Assembly (NCBI GenBank): GCA_964016885.1
Contig: OZ024740.1
Coordinates: 111,662,001-111,726,000, forward strand
Direction of reading: 5' to 3'
Source of the DNA: Eledone cirrhosa
Lineage: Eukaryota
DNA length: 64,000 nucleotides
Position numbers and translations under genes: made by a program
Shown here: positions 26,527-41,210 of the stretch, one piece after another
Numbering within the stretch: position 1 is the first letter of the stretch
Layout: the number at the start of each line of letters is the position of its first letter
Notes under the pieces: model-generated
What the model was told of the DNA's origin: nothing
The model's input: only the letters and a program-made list of their open reading frames with translations
Database searches by the model: none

Positions 26527-27263
26527 GTGTATGTATGTATGTATGTGTGTATGTATGTATGGATTTGGGGAAGTTTTATATCAGAGTGACTTTCTAGAGA
26601 GATGTCTTAATGAAGACTAGTACATTCTCATTCCATCCCACGTCCCTCAAAAAAAAAAAATATATATTTTATTGGATGGTCGTTGACTCTCCTGAATTCC
26701 TCCGCCCTTTGACGGGTTTTATTCTTCATCCGACCGAGCGTCCAACTCACCCTTCCCAAATTCGCTAGCATACAATGGTGTAGAGTAGTTCGACTTTTTG
26801 GGTAAATGCATTCGATGTTCAGATAGTCCGATTGGCTCCGTTCAGGTACAAATTCTTCACGCATAAGCAGCGCTTTATATATGACATATTTCACGTTGCA
26901 TGGCATGGCTGGCCGTAGGCAACTCCCGAGCAAGACTAAAATGCCACGTGCTGTGCTGTTCATGCTTAAGTAGCAAGCGTTAGCATCACTCGAAATCAAG
27001 TTGCAGCCATGATCATCATGTATGTATGTATATAAGTATGCATGTAAGAGTGTCTCATTAGAATTTACACAACATCAACTAGGTAGATATGTATGCATGC
27101 ATGTGTAGATATGGATGTTATTGTATGTGTGGATGCGTATGTTTTGAGTTGTGTGTGCATGTGTATATGCTTTGTATCTGTACATGTGTATATGCAGTTA
27201 TTAGATGCAAAATCTTTGGAATATTTTACATATTTTTGTATGTATGTATGTATGTATGTATGC

Positions 27264-27870
27264 GTCAGGTCCCCAGTTGGTGCTATTGGTAACATGTATC
27301 CCAGTACAACCTGTCTCATGGTCGGGTCGTTGGCGACTAAACTGGCAACCCCACCAAGGTTTCTTGGTGAGGAGGGTGGCTTTGGACATCCTGCAGGACT
27401 AAAAACAAAACCTGTCAAAAGGCAAAGGGGCTCTTAAGAGTCAATAGCCATCCAAAATCACCGGGAGAGATGACCCCTTAGCCTTTGTCAAGGCAGAATT
27501 CTAGAAGGAAAACTCTGATATAACACCTGCAACCCTGATGGTATCCAATGATGTTGAATTGTTCTTCTTTTTGGTAAATATCATCTTGGTTAAGAGAGTG
27601 GGACTGGCTTTGTGCAGTGCCTTTGCTCACTATAAAAGCTTCACGACACAGGCATTGCTTTATATCTGGAGATCTCTCTGCACTTGTCGTCAAATGGTAC
27701 CATGGGCCTAGCACTATGTGTCAATAATTGTCACAAGTGTAGTGTTTGTACCAGAGTTTTCAAGTCGCTGGCTGGACTAAAAAGTCACACTCGTTCAGCG
27801 CATTGGTAGGGGTTCTCCTACATGGATATAAAGTAGTGGCCGTACTCGAAAACGAGTTGGCAGCCACCAT
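27264..27870 (+). mobile_element. Non-autonomous RTE-like retroposon, full-length copy 1 (~610 bp)
   Basis: Highly similar to seven other copies; ends with C2H2-coding remnant [23 protein letters not shown], a hairpin and an (ATGT)n tail. Confidence 0.85.
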
Positions 27871-27923
27871 GTATATAAATATATGTATGTATATATATCT
27901 ATGTATGTATATATGTATGTATG

Positions 27924-27956
<33 letters not shown>

Positions 27957-28025
27957 GTATATATATATGTATGTATATATATATGTATGTATGTATATGT
28001 ATGTATGTATATGTATGTATTTATG

Positions 28026-28056
<31 letters not shown>

Positions 28057-28065
28057 GTATGTATG

Positions 28066-28143
<78 letters not shown>

Positions 28144-28164
28144 TATATATGTATGTATATATAT

Positions 28165-28198
<34 letters not shown>

Positions 28199-28503
28199 GT
28201 ATATATATATGTATGTATGTATATATATGTATATATATATGTATGTATGTATGTATACATATGTATATATATGTATATGTGTATATATATATATATATAT
28301 GTATGTATATATATATATATATATATGTATGTATATATGTATATATGTATGTATGTGTATATATATGTATGTATGTATATATATGTATGTATGTATGTAT
28401 ATATGTGTATGTGTATGTATATATGTATGTATATATATGTATGTATGTATATATATGTATGTATATGTATGTATGTATGTATATGTATGTATGTTTATAT
28501 ATG

Positions 28504-28543
<40 letters not shown>

Positions 28544-28557
28544 CGTATGTATGTATG

Positions 28558-28593
<36 letters not shown>

Positions 28594-28779
28594 TGTATGT
28601 ATGTATATATATGTATGTATGTATGTATATATATGTATGTATGTATGTATGTATATATATATATATGTATGTATGTATGTATATATATATATGTATGTAT
28701 GTATGTATGTATATATATATATGTATATATGTATGTATGTATATATATATATGTATATATGTATGTATGTATGTATATA

Positions 28780-28815
<36 letters not shown>

Positions 28816-28827
28816 TGTATATATATA
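27871..28827. repeat. ~960-bp compound (ATGT)/(AT) microsatellite (expanded tail of copy 1)
   Basis: Nearly pure ATGT/AT mosaic. Confidence 0.95.
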
Positions 28828-29438
<611 letters not shown>

Positions 29439-29546
29439 ATATATATGTACGTATGTATATAAGTATATATGTAAGTAAGTATGTATGTATGTACGTATAT
29501 AAGCCTGTATGTATGTATGTATGTATGTATGTATGTATGTATGTAT

Positions 29547-31651
29547 GTTTTCTCTTTCTCTTAATTTCGAGTATATTTTTTTGACCGGCCACCTTCCTGG
29601 TGGCAAGGTTGTAAAAGAAAAAAAATTGTCATCCCTTGAATCGCAAGAATGTTTTGCATATTTTGAAGGTGCCACCTATCGCAGCCATTTGTAGACTATG
29701 AATTAGGGAGCTGCGCTTTTTGTCCGCAAATCCAAGTTCGGTCATACTTTGGTCCAAGCGGGTTGGTATATAACCCGTAGCACCAATAATGATGGGTATG
29801 AAGCTAAAGGTGTATCTTGGATACTGGATTTGTAAGCTCCTCATCAATGGTCCGTAGATGTCCTCCTTCTCCTGTATTTTTCTGACAACGTTTACATCAA
29901 GTGGGCAGCTGATCTCCACAACAGAACACGTTTTCAATGTGTGGTCCCAAACTACAATATCAGGCCGGTTGTGCTTTAATTTGGTGGCAGTTTTTATTTT
30001 CAGGTTCCACCAGTATTCCTTAGTGCCATCTGTCTCAATATATTCTTCCTCGTTTGTTGTTAATTTTGTTTTCCGAAGTGCGTTCCAGATAGTTCTAGCT
30101 ATCCCATCGTGTCTCATGGGGAGGTAGTAGCGAGATGACATTCTTTCGCAGCTGGCAACAATGTGGCTTACATCCTCGATCTTTGTTTTACATAGCCTAC
30201 ATTTATTGTCAGCTGCTGGCCCTCCTCTTTTGTGCAGCAGATATTTGGTAGGGAGTTCTTGTTCCTGTATTGCATAGAGATATCCCTCAAGGTGTGATGT
30301 CATAAACTTGTCGGAACTCCATGCCAGGCTTTTTGAGTGGTTTATCCCCTCTATGGTCTGTGTTTTACGCCTCAAGTATCCATGCACAACTTTCTCTGTA
30401 AATTGGTCAATTTTTTTTTCTTGTTTGAACATTGAATAGGATCTTCCGATTTCTCTGGGTGAGAGATTTATATCAGGCTTTATTCCATATCTCTCCTCCA
30501 GATCAGTCGCTATTCTAATGATATTTCTTTTTTCATGCTCATAAACCTGAGCAAGATGGTCGCCAACCTTTTTCCTCTGTTGAAGGTGTTGCTTCAGTGT
30601 TACTATCCGGGTCTCATATGTTGTTAATATTGATTTTAGACCCCGGCCACCTTCCTTGCGTGAGAAGTATAGCCTATCCACATCACCATTGATGTTAAAG
30701 TTCCCAGTAACACTGAGAAGTTTACGAGTTCTAACATCCATCTCACTTAGTTCTTGCAATGACCAGTTCAGTAGGCCAAATGTTGGCGTTATAATTGGCA
30801 CAGCATAGGTATTGTGGGCAATGTATTTGTTGTATGCTGACAGTTCTGATGACCATATTTTTTTTACTCTTCTGAGGTATTCAGTTCTGGTTCTCTCCTT
30901 ATTTATGGGTCCATCATATCTGACATTCTCATCCTGTCCAAGATATCTGTAGTTGTCACCTGACTGCAGAGGTTGTATTGTCAGGCCGTTCATATCTAGA
31001 TTTCTAGAGGAGGGCACAGCTCTTCCACGTTTTACTGCCAAATATGCACACTTGGACTCACCAAATTTCATTTTGATGTCGGTTGAAAATTGTGTAATGA
31101 GGTCCAATTGTTTCTTGATGTCATTGATATTTGGCCCATACAACTTCAGGTCATCAACAAAGAAAAGATGGGAGATACTTCTGGGCCCACTTCTTTGTCC
31201 ACCTTGTTTCCTGAGTAGGTAAGATAGTGGATTCAGTGAGAGAACGAAGAGTAGTACTGACAAGCTATCACCCTGAAAGATGCCCTTCTGGTAATGTATC
31301 CTATCAGTCTTAACCTGCTCCTTCTCACCTCTAAGGATCAAATTGGTGTACCAGTTCTTGGTCAGGCGTTCAACAGCAGCTACTAATGGTTGTGGGACTT
31401 TAGCTAACTGTAAAGCCTTAATAATCCACCCATGAGGTACACTATCAAATGCTTTTTGATAGTCCAGCCACACGACAGTCATGTTTCTGCGATTCTTTGT
31501 TGTTTTTTCCTGAATCATTTTGTTAGTTAGTAGGTGATCTATGCAACCCCACACCTCCCTCTTTCCACCAGCTTGCTCAGGTGTTATGATGTTGTTGGTA
31601 GCACAGTGATCCTGTAAGAACAGGTTAAGGCACCCAGTATATAATTTATAC
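29547..31651 (-). mobile_element. R4/Dong-clade non-LTR retrotransposon (RT + CCHC + restriction-like endonuclease), 5'-truncated, inserted in (TACA)n
   Basis: Uninterrupted frame 31651-29629: WLDYQKAFDSVPH, GIFQGDSLS, HLFFVDDLK, GGRGL, CRLCKTKIEDVSHIVASC, RHD, HNRPDIVVWD..VEISCP; ATGT repeats at both ends. Confidence 0.92.
29629..31651 (-). CDS. RT-RLE polyprotein, partial; the ORF-track N-terminus (IHTY)n is microsatellite read-through
   Basis: About 670 codons without a stop, motifs as listed for the element. Confidence 0.88.
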
Positions 31652-31719
31652 GTATGTATGTATGTATGTATGTATGTATGTATGTATGTATGTATGTATG
31701 TATGTATGTATGTATGTAT

Positions 31720-31802
31720 CACTCGTTCAGCGCATCGGTAGGGTTTCTCCTACATGGATATAAAGTAGTGGCCGTACTCGAAAACGAGTTGGCAGCCACC
31801 AT
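31720..31802 (+). mobile_element. Retroposon copy 4 (3' 80 bp only)
   Basis: CACTCGTTCAGCGCATCGG…GGCAGCCACCATGTATG. Confidence 0.85.
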
Positions 31803-32091
31803 GTATGTATGTATGTATATAAGTATGTATGTATGTGTGTATGTATTCCACTCCGAAAAAGAGACGCATATTTCTACATATATCTCTTCATCAGTTAATG
31901 CCATAGAGTAAGTATAATTTGCTTCCATATCAAATGGCTACTCATAGCATATCGCGATAAATCGATATACTTATTCCCATACGGCACAATTTAGTGACAA
32001 TTGGTAGTATTTCGACAGAAACAATTAGCGTCCTCCATTTCAACTAGTGTGCACCCCTCACATACACACACACACACACACACACACAGAA

Positions 32092-32161
<70 letters not shown>

Positions 32162-32237
32162 GAGTGTATGTACATATGAAAATATCATATATGTATATAT
32201 GTATGTATATAAATACATACATATATGTATATATATA

Positions 32238-34238
32238 TAACAATTAAATGTTATAGGAAATTGTCAAATGGATTAACACGGTTATTAGATGAAACAACAA
32301 TAATAAGAATAAGTGCTTTGGTTATACCTGGAATGTTTAATGTTCCAAAGAAAGGACTGCAGTGATTAACACGTGAAGGTCCCATGGTGGGGTCCCATCA
32401 CGTGGTTAATCGCCAGAGCGAAGCTATTGACGTGTGGCTTCTTCGGACAATGCAGTCAGATTCCCGTTCTTGTACCAGCGCTGCTGCTGATGCGATCGTC
32501 ATAACCAGGCAGGCAACTCTTGCTACATCATCCCCCGCCAGATTTTTAAAACATAAAAATCGAATCAACCATGTATGAAGTAAGATGGCGAGCATGTAAC
32601 GCTAAAGTCCAGGCATGAAAATTACAAAAAAATAATGTTTGAAATAAAAGCAAACAGCAAAATATAAGCATGCAAAAATTAATGATAGATATCAAGGTAG
32701 CCAACCGCTCTTGGCCAGAGAACGACTGGACATCTATCTATCCATCACACAAAGATACAATGTAATCAACTTAAAAGAAGAGGTCAAAGGAGCAAAGAAA
32801 CGTGCTCGAACATAATTATAAACAAAGTTCAAAATACAGTTTACAGGTGACAGCAGGAAAGAAAGTGTGTCCTCCAGAGAATGTATGCAGGTGGTTTCTA
32901 GACTGTGGTACAACGTGAAATTCCCAACCTCCGAAGGCGGTGGGATTTTCTCACAGGAAGAGTGCTGAAAAAATAAATTCTCTGTGTTTTGTTCTGCTGG
33001 TTTTGGTTGTTGATAACGCAAAGATGAAGCTGTGTTGTTGTTGTTGTTGTTGTTGATGTTGCTGATGTCTCGCGGAGAGAAAAAAAAATGTCAACTCAAA
33101 AGTTGCCGGATCTGTGATTCGAGATAGTCATTATGAAACAAGATGGCGTCGCATTTCTTTTCCAAAACAAGGATATGGTCGCGTGACGAGGCTAAGCCAA
33201 TCAGATGGCTGCATTTGAAGAAGAAGCAAAGATGTCGGTGCCGATAATGAAATCAAAAAGTCAAAAAGCGGGAAAATGGCGGCCATCTTGATTTTTTTGC
33301 GTTTAGACTGTGAAAACCTTTTTGCAATGAACGTGTGAAGGTTTAAAATCAGCAAATACAATGTGCATTTCGAAAAACCAATGCAAAATATCCGATCTTG
33401 TTCATTAAAAGTCGTAACGATACATAAACAGTGAAAAGCAACAAATTAATCGTCGAAGCACGTGCGAAAGAAATTTTCATGTCATCGCAGGATTGTTATT
33501 CCACGCCAGACGAAAACAAAGAACGAGCTGTAGTAATCTTCGAAAAGGTAGCTGATACATCTCAACGAAAATAACGTACTCATTTTATCAACTAATTGAA
33601 ATATACCAAACCACCTCAACCGGATAGAAGACATCGCACAATTTTCAATCCAAAAGAGAAATTTTTTGTTAGTCGTCGAAAAAACTCTTTCTTTTGTGTT
33701 GTATTTTTGTGTTCGTCTGTATGCGTGAGTCAATAGTGTTACCATGAAAGTTATGACAGAAATATTGTACAGGCCGCGTGCTTCAACAAATGGAATATTA
33801 TGAATTTTATGGCCTTACGCTACGTGAGCCTAGCTACCCGATTCGAACATTCCAAATGTTAAGCCACTCCACATTGCCATTAAAACGAATGGCGAATTCA
33901 AATAGGCTGCGTTTTCATACTTAATCGTCGAAGGTCACCAATTATAACAATTAAATGTTATAGGAAATTGTCAAATGGATTAACACGGTTATTAGATGAA
34001 ACAACAATAACAATAACAATAAATACTTTGGTTATACCTGGAATGTTTAATGTTCCGAAGAAAGGACTGCAGTGATTAGCACGTGACGGTCCCATGGTGG
34101 GGATCTCATCACATGGTTAATCGCCAGAACGAATCTATTGACGTCTGGTTTCTTCGGACGATGCAGTCAGACTCCCGTTCTTGTACCAGCGCTGCTGCTG
34201 ATGCCATCGTCATAACCAGGGAGGCAACTCTTGCTACA
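32238..34238. repeat. ~290-bp direct repeats (about 32238-32528 and 33946-34238) flanking ~1.4 kb of unique sequence
   Basis: ACAATTAAATGTTATAGGAAATTGTC…GGCAACTCTTGCTACAT duplicated, roughly 90% identical by eye. Confidence 0.9.
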
Positions 34239-34578
34239 TGTATACATACACACCATATATCTGGATGAATGTATGTATATGTTTATATTAATATGTAGGT
34301 GTACGTGTGTACGTGAGCTTGCGTGCCTGTGTGTATGTGTATGTGTGTGTGTGTGTGTGTGTGAGTGCGTGTGTGTGTGTATGTATGTGTGTGTGCGTGC
34401 GTGTGCGTGTGTGTGTGAGTGTGTACAGACTTAATTCCAGACTAAACATGAGAATTGCCTGTTCCAGGAAGTAGGTGTAATTCCTACTATCTAATTCACT
34501 GGACAAAATTTAAAAGACAAGCTATATCTATGTGTATATATTCGTACGCCTGCATATGTGTATATATGTATATATATG

Positions 34579-34660
<82 letters not shown>

Positions 34661-34752
34661 TACAAATATATATATATATACATATATATATGTATATATA
34701 TATATGCAGGTTTACAAAAAAAACTATGTAGAAATTTATATATGTTTATATA

Positions 34753-34791
<39 letters not shown>

Positions 34792-34898
34792 CGTATATAA
34801 GCACGTATATAAGCACACAGAAACTCATTCATACATACATACATGCTTGCATATATACAAACATACATACATACATACATACATACATACATACATAC

Positions 34899-35508
34899 AT
34901 GGTGGCTGCCAACTCGTTTTCGAGTACGGCCACTACTTTATATCCATGTAGGAGAACCCCTACCGAAGCGCTGAACGAGTGTGACTTTTTAGTCCAGCCA
35001 GCGACTTGAAACCTCTGGTACAAACACAACACTTGTGACAATTATTGACACATAGTGCTGGGCCCATGGTACCATGTGAGGACAAGTGCAGAGAGATCTC
35101 CAGATACAAAGCAATGCCTGTGCCGTGAAGCTTTTATAGTGAGCAAAGGCACTGCACAAAGCCAGTCCCACTCTCTTAACCAACATGATATTTACCAAAA
35201 AGAAGAACAAGTCAACATCATTGGATACCATCAGGGTTGCAGGTGTTATATCAGAGTTTTCCTTCTCCTAGAATTCTGCCTTGATAAAGGCTAAGGGGTC
35301 ATCTCTCCCGGTGATTTTGGATGGCCATTGACTCTTAAGAGCTCCTTTGCCCTTTGACAGGTTTTGTTTTTAGTCCTGCAGGATGTCCAAAGTCACCCTC
35401 CTCACCAAGAAACCTTGGTGGGGTTGCCAGTTTAGTCGCCAACGACCCGACCATGAGACAGGTTGTACTGGGATACATGTTACCAGTAGCACCAACTGGT
35501 GACCTGAC
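34899..35508 (-). mobile_element. Retroposon copy 5 (full length)
   Basis: Reverse complement of copy 1; (ACAT)n on both sides. Confidence 0.87.
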
Positions 35509-35632
35509 ATATATATACATACATATACATACATACACACACACACATACATACATACATACATATACATACACATATATACATACATACATATATATAC
35601 ATACATACATATATACATATATACATACATAC

Positions 35633-35662
<30 letters not shown>

Positions 35663-35664
<2 letters not shown>

Positions 35665-36265
35665 GGTGGCTGCCAACTCGTCTTCGAGTACGGCCACTAC
35701 TTTATATCCATGTAGGAGAACCCCTACTGATGCGCTGAGCGAGTGTGACTTTTTAGTCCAGCCAGCGACTTGAAAACTCTGGTACAAACACTACACTTGT
35801 GACAATTACTGACACATAGTGCTGGGCCCATTGTACCCTGTGATGACAAGTGCAGAGAGATCTCCAGATATAAAGCAATGCCTGTGCCGTGAAGCTTTTA
35901 TAGTGAGCAAAGGCACTGCACAAAGCCAGTCCCACTCTCTTAACCAAGATGATATTTACCAAAAAGAAGAACAATCATTGGATACCATCAGGGTTGCAGG
36001 TGCTATATCAGTGTTTTCTTTCTCCTAGAATTCTGCCTTGACAAAGGCTAAGGGGTCATCTCTCCCGCTGATTTTGGATGGCCATTGACTCTTAAGAGCT
36101 CCTTTGCCCTTTGACAAGTTTTGTTTTTAGTCCTGCAGGATGTCCAAAGTCCCCCTCCTCACCAAGAAACCTTGGTGGGGTTGCCAGTTTAGTCGCCAAC
36201 GACACGACCATGAGACAGGTTGTACTGGGATACATGTTACCAGTAGCACCAACTGGTGACCTGAC
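35663..36265 (-). mobile_element. Retroposon copy 6 (full length); a 5'-region fragment follows at ~36274-36317
   Basis: Same termini as copy 5. Confidence 0.87.
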
Positions 36266-36327
36266 ATACATAGAAAACTTGGTGGCGTTGCCAGTTTAGT
36301 CGCCAACGACCCGACCATATATATATA

Positions 36328-36361
<34 letters not shown>

Positions 36362-36534
36362 CACATACATACATATATACATATACATACATACATACAT
36401 ATATACATATACATACATATATACATATATATATATACATACATATATATATACATACATATATATATACATACATATACATACACATACATATACATAC
36501 ATATATATATATACATACATATATACATACATAC

Positions 36535-37018
36535 ATGGTGGCTGCCAACTCGTTTTCGAGTACGGCCACTACTTTACATCCATGTAGGATAACCCCTACC
36601 GAAGCGCTGAACGAGTGTGACTTTTTAGTCCAGCCAGCGACTTGAAACCTCTGGTACAAACACTACACCTGTGACAACCATTGACACATAGTGCTGGGCC
36701 CATGGTAGGACAACCATTGACACATAGTGCTGGGCCCATGTGAGGACAAGTGCAGAGAGATCTCCAGATATAAAGCAATGCCTGTGCCGTGAAGCTTTTA
36801 TAGTGAGCAAAGGCACTGCACAAAGCCAGTCCCACTCTCTTAACCAAGATGATATTTACCAAAAAGAAGAACAAGTCAACATCATTGGATACCATCAGGG
36901 TTGCAGGTGTTATATCAGAGTTTTCCTTCTCCTAGAATTCTGCCTTGACAAAGGCTAAGGGGTCATCTCTCCCGGTGATTTTGGATGGCCATTGACTCTT
37001 AAGAGCTCCTTTGCCCTT
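36535..37018 (-). mobile_element. Retroposon copy 7 (5'-truncated, with a short internal tandem duplication)
   Basis: GACAACCATTGACACATAGTGCTGGGCCCATG duplicated; encodes [24 protein letters not shown]. Confidence 0.87.
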
Positions 37019-37719
37019 GTGCTCCTATGCATATGTATATGTTTATGTGTGTATACATACATATATGTATATTTGTATATGTACGTACGTATGTATATGC
37101 ATATGTGTGTATGTATTTATATACGTATATATATTTATGGATATATTTATGCATGTGTATACGTATATATGTATATATGTGTTTGTTTATATACGTGTAT
37201 ATATTTATAAGTGTATTTATATGTATGTGTGTTTATGTATATATGTGTATGTGTGTATGTATGGATATATATGTGTATGTGTATGTATATATATATGTGT
37301 GTATATGTGTATGGGTATGTATATATATGTGTACATATGTATATATATTTATTAATAAATGTTTGCTCTAGGGTTCTTATATATTTGATATATATTTATC
37401 CTAATCGAGCCCTCTTTGCATACATATATACATATATACATACATACACATATACATACATACATATACACATATATATACATACATATATATATATATA
37501 CATACATACATATATATACATACATACATATATATACATCTACATACATACATATATATACATACATCTACATACACACACATATATATATACATCTCCA
37601 TACATACATATATATACACATCTCCATACATACATACATATATACATCTCCATACATACATATATATATACATCTCCATACATACATATATATATATACA
37701 TCTCCATACATACTTATAT

Positions 37720-38329
37720 ATGGTGGCTGCCAACTCGTTTTCGAGTACGGCCACTACTTTATATCCATGTAGGAGAACCCCTACTGATGCGCTGAACGAG
37801 TGTGACTTTTTAGTCCAGCCAGCGACTTGAAAGCTCTGGTACAAACACTACACTTGTGACAATTATTGACACATAGTGCTGGGCCCATGGTACCATGTGA
37901 CGACAAATGCAGAGAGATCTCCAGATATAAAGCAATGCCTGTGCCGTGAAGCTTTTATAGTGAGCAAAGGCACTGCACAAAGCCAGTCCCACTCTCTTAA
38001 CCAAGATGATATTTACCAAAAAGAAGAACAAGTCAACATCATTGGATACCATCAGGGTTGCAGGTGTTATATCAGAGTTTTCCTTCTCCTAGAATTCTGC
38101 CTTGACAAAGGCTAAGGGGTCATCTCTCCCGGTGATTTTGGATGGCCATTGACTCTTAAGAGCTCCTTTGCCTTTTGACAGGTTTTGTTTTTAGTCCTGC
38201 AGGATGTCCAAAGTCACCCTCCTCACCAAGAAACCTTGGTGGGGTTGCCAGTTTAGTCGCCAACGACCCGACCATGGGACAGGTTGTACTGGAATACATG
38301 TTACCAGTAGCACCAACTGGTGACCTGAC
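37720..38329 (-). mobile_element. Retroposon copy 8 (full length)
   Basis: Same termini; (ACAT)n flanks. Confidence 0.87.
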
Positions 38330-38342
38330 ATACATACATACA

Positions 38343-38375
<33 letters not shown>

Positions 38376-38691
38376 GTTTCCTGTAGACACTATGCATGCC
38401 TACATGCCGTAGATCGTCTGAGAGTAAATTCCCCATTACTGAACTAATAAAGAAATACTTTGAGACATCTCTTCGGAAGAAGGGGGTGTAGATAACAAGT
38501 AAGAATAACAATAAAAAAAATCTGCTCAGTCCTGCCAAATGAGGGGTCTAAATTGAAGAGGGGATGTGCAAAAAACGGAGGCCAAAGGACAATATAATTT
38601 AGATAAAACACCCCCGCGACAAAAAAAGAAAATGGAATAGAATGCACGCATGTGTGCGTGCGTATGTGTATATGTATTTATTATATGTATG

Positions 38692-38756
<65 letters not shown>

Positions 38757-38809
38757 GTATATACATATAAATATATACGATTTATATATATATTGATATA
38801 TATATATAT

Positions 38810-38958
<149 letters not shown>

Positions 38959-39020
38959 CTTATATGTATATATATATTTATGTGTAATATGGAGAGAGAG
39001 AGTGAGAGTGAGAAGGACAG

Positions 39021-39152
<132 letters not shown>

Positions 39153-39605
39153 AAAAAATGCACGTTGGAAAATTTGGGGGGCTGTTTTTCCGCTTGGAAT
39201 CGTATAGTATTTAACTTATTCGCTAGGAATTGAGGGTAAAGATTAATTCGCTACAATGATAACATTCCTTTACCAATGTACGCAGGCGCCATTGTCTGCG
39301 ATGTAATCAGGCGAAAGAGAGGCTCAAATATATATAATGCATATGTATACGTATGTGTGTCGATCTGTGTATACATTAATGTGTGTCTGTATGAGTGTGT
39401 GTGTGTGTGTGTGTGTATGAAAGTGTGTGTGTGTGTGTGTGTCTGTGTGTGTGTGCGTGTGTTTCCGTATGTTTATTTCCGTATATTTAATATTTTGTAA
39501 ACGTTTTTATGTATATATATATATAGATGCTTCTATACACAGATACATTTATGTCTACATACATACACACACACTCTGACATACACGAAACGAACATATA
39601 TAGAA

Positions 39606-39668
<63 letters not shown>

Positions 39669-39807
39669 TGTAATTGTGTGGGCATGTGTATATATAAGCT
39701 GTAAGTATACATTTTATAAGTATAGTTCTGTTTATTTGAATTTACGAATGAGAATGTGTTCGCATGTAGAGTATTTATAACGCATGCGCACACACACACA
39801 CACACAG

Positions 39808-39904
<97 letters not shown>

Positions 39905-39913
39905 GACAGAGAA

Positions 39914-39946
<33 letters not shown>

Positions 39947-39950
39947 CAGG

Positions 39951-39991
<41 letters not shown>

Positions 39992-40429
39992 GTAGCTAAG
40001 TATATGTGTGTACATATGTATGTGTAGATACTTACGCAGGAAAGGTCTGCACGGAACTTTGATAGATATTTTGCCCCTAAAGTCTTAAAATTCTTTAGAT
40101 GATTCCTTTGGATTTCAGAACGTTCTATATGGAGCCTCATTCCAAATCTTCCTTTCACTTCATTTCAGTTTGGTTTTATTGCTATAAACATCTCTTCTTT
40201 CTACTCCGACCTCTCTTCCTCTGCTTTATCCTCCTCTCCTTATAATCATTGTTGTAATTGTTGTTAATGTTTCTTTATTTATATTCTTTCATAATATATT
40301 TTTAATTACCCGATTTTTATGAAAAACTCACAAACTCTGTAATCTACCTTTTTAATATCTCCTTCATCTGAAGCTTCTGTTACAAATATATGAAATTATT
40401 TTGATCACTGAATCTTCTGTTTGTCCAAT

Positions 40430-40765
40430 CTCAACAAGAAACATACACAGATACCATTAGTCTGTGTATATTTACAGTGCCCAACAGGGCCGTCTTTTGT
40501 AGGAGAACAATTTGTGTTTCAAGGTCTGTTTGCTTCAGTTGTCATTAGAGTCTTGTGCCCGTTAACAGTTTTATCGAGCACAGAATTTTGATGACAACTG
40601 AAATTATTTTAACGTTGTTATGTCATATTCCCCCACATTTTTGTAATTTTGATCTTCAAGTCAGTATATTAGGTTATTTTTTTAACGGTATATGTTTGGT
40701 CTCCTGGCACTGTAACTTCTATTATCTGATGTTCTCGCTTATTTCTGTATATGACTACAATATCG
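40430..40765 (-). mobile_element. Degenerate RLE-type retrotransposon 3' relic
   Basis: DIVVIYRNKREHQIIEVTVPGD and LLQKTALLGTVNI motifs, typical of R4-like RLE C-termini; interrupted by a SINE. Confidence 0.6.
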
Positions 40766-40768
40766 TAT

Positions 40769-40902
40769 GGCAAATTGGCAGAGTGATTAGAACGCCAGAT
40801 AAAATACTTTAAGGAATTCGTTGTGGATTCTTGCATTCTGAGTTCAAATCCCGCCAAGATCAACTTTGCCTTTCATCCTTTCGAGGTCAGCAAAAATAAG
40901 TG
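40769..40902 (+). mobile_element. Octopus-type tRNA-derived SINE
   Basis: TGGCAGAGTGATTAG (A-box-like) … GAGTTCAAATCC (B box) … CTTTGCCTTTCATCCTTTCGAGGTC. Confidence 0.75.
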
Positions 40903-41210
40903 GTGTCGATTCTTTCTCCATATATCTTCTTCACTTCTTTTTCTCACTCCTTCTCTGGAAGAATTTGGTTGTCTTCCGATCTGGAGGGAGTATGTCCTCA
41001 GGAGATATGTGTCCATACATACAACTACAAAATCATGTCTATCTTCAGTTTTGCTGTCCGTTTGTGCAGTGAAATCGTCAATTGTCGGACACTTGATATC
41101 CATAATCTTTACTCATTGACTAGTAAAATTAAATATAGAACTCCGTTCCAGGTTGATAAAATAAACTAATAGTCAAGACATTTAATGATTATTACATTTT
41201 GCTTTTGTTA

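Noticed and set aside
26628-26999. 123-aa ORF in unique sequence
   Set aside because: No motif or splice support; length compatible with chance
34899-34985. HDV-like ribozyme on the antisense of the retroposon 3' end (GGTGGCTG…CGGCCACT)
   Set aside because: P3/L3 and P1.1 cannot be formed; the truncation pattern shows this is the 3' terminal hairpin of the opposite strand
40769-40860. tRNA gene (A/B boxes)
   Set aside because: No cloverleaf; it is the head of a multi-copy SINE
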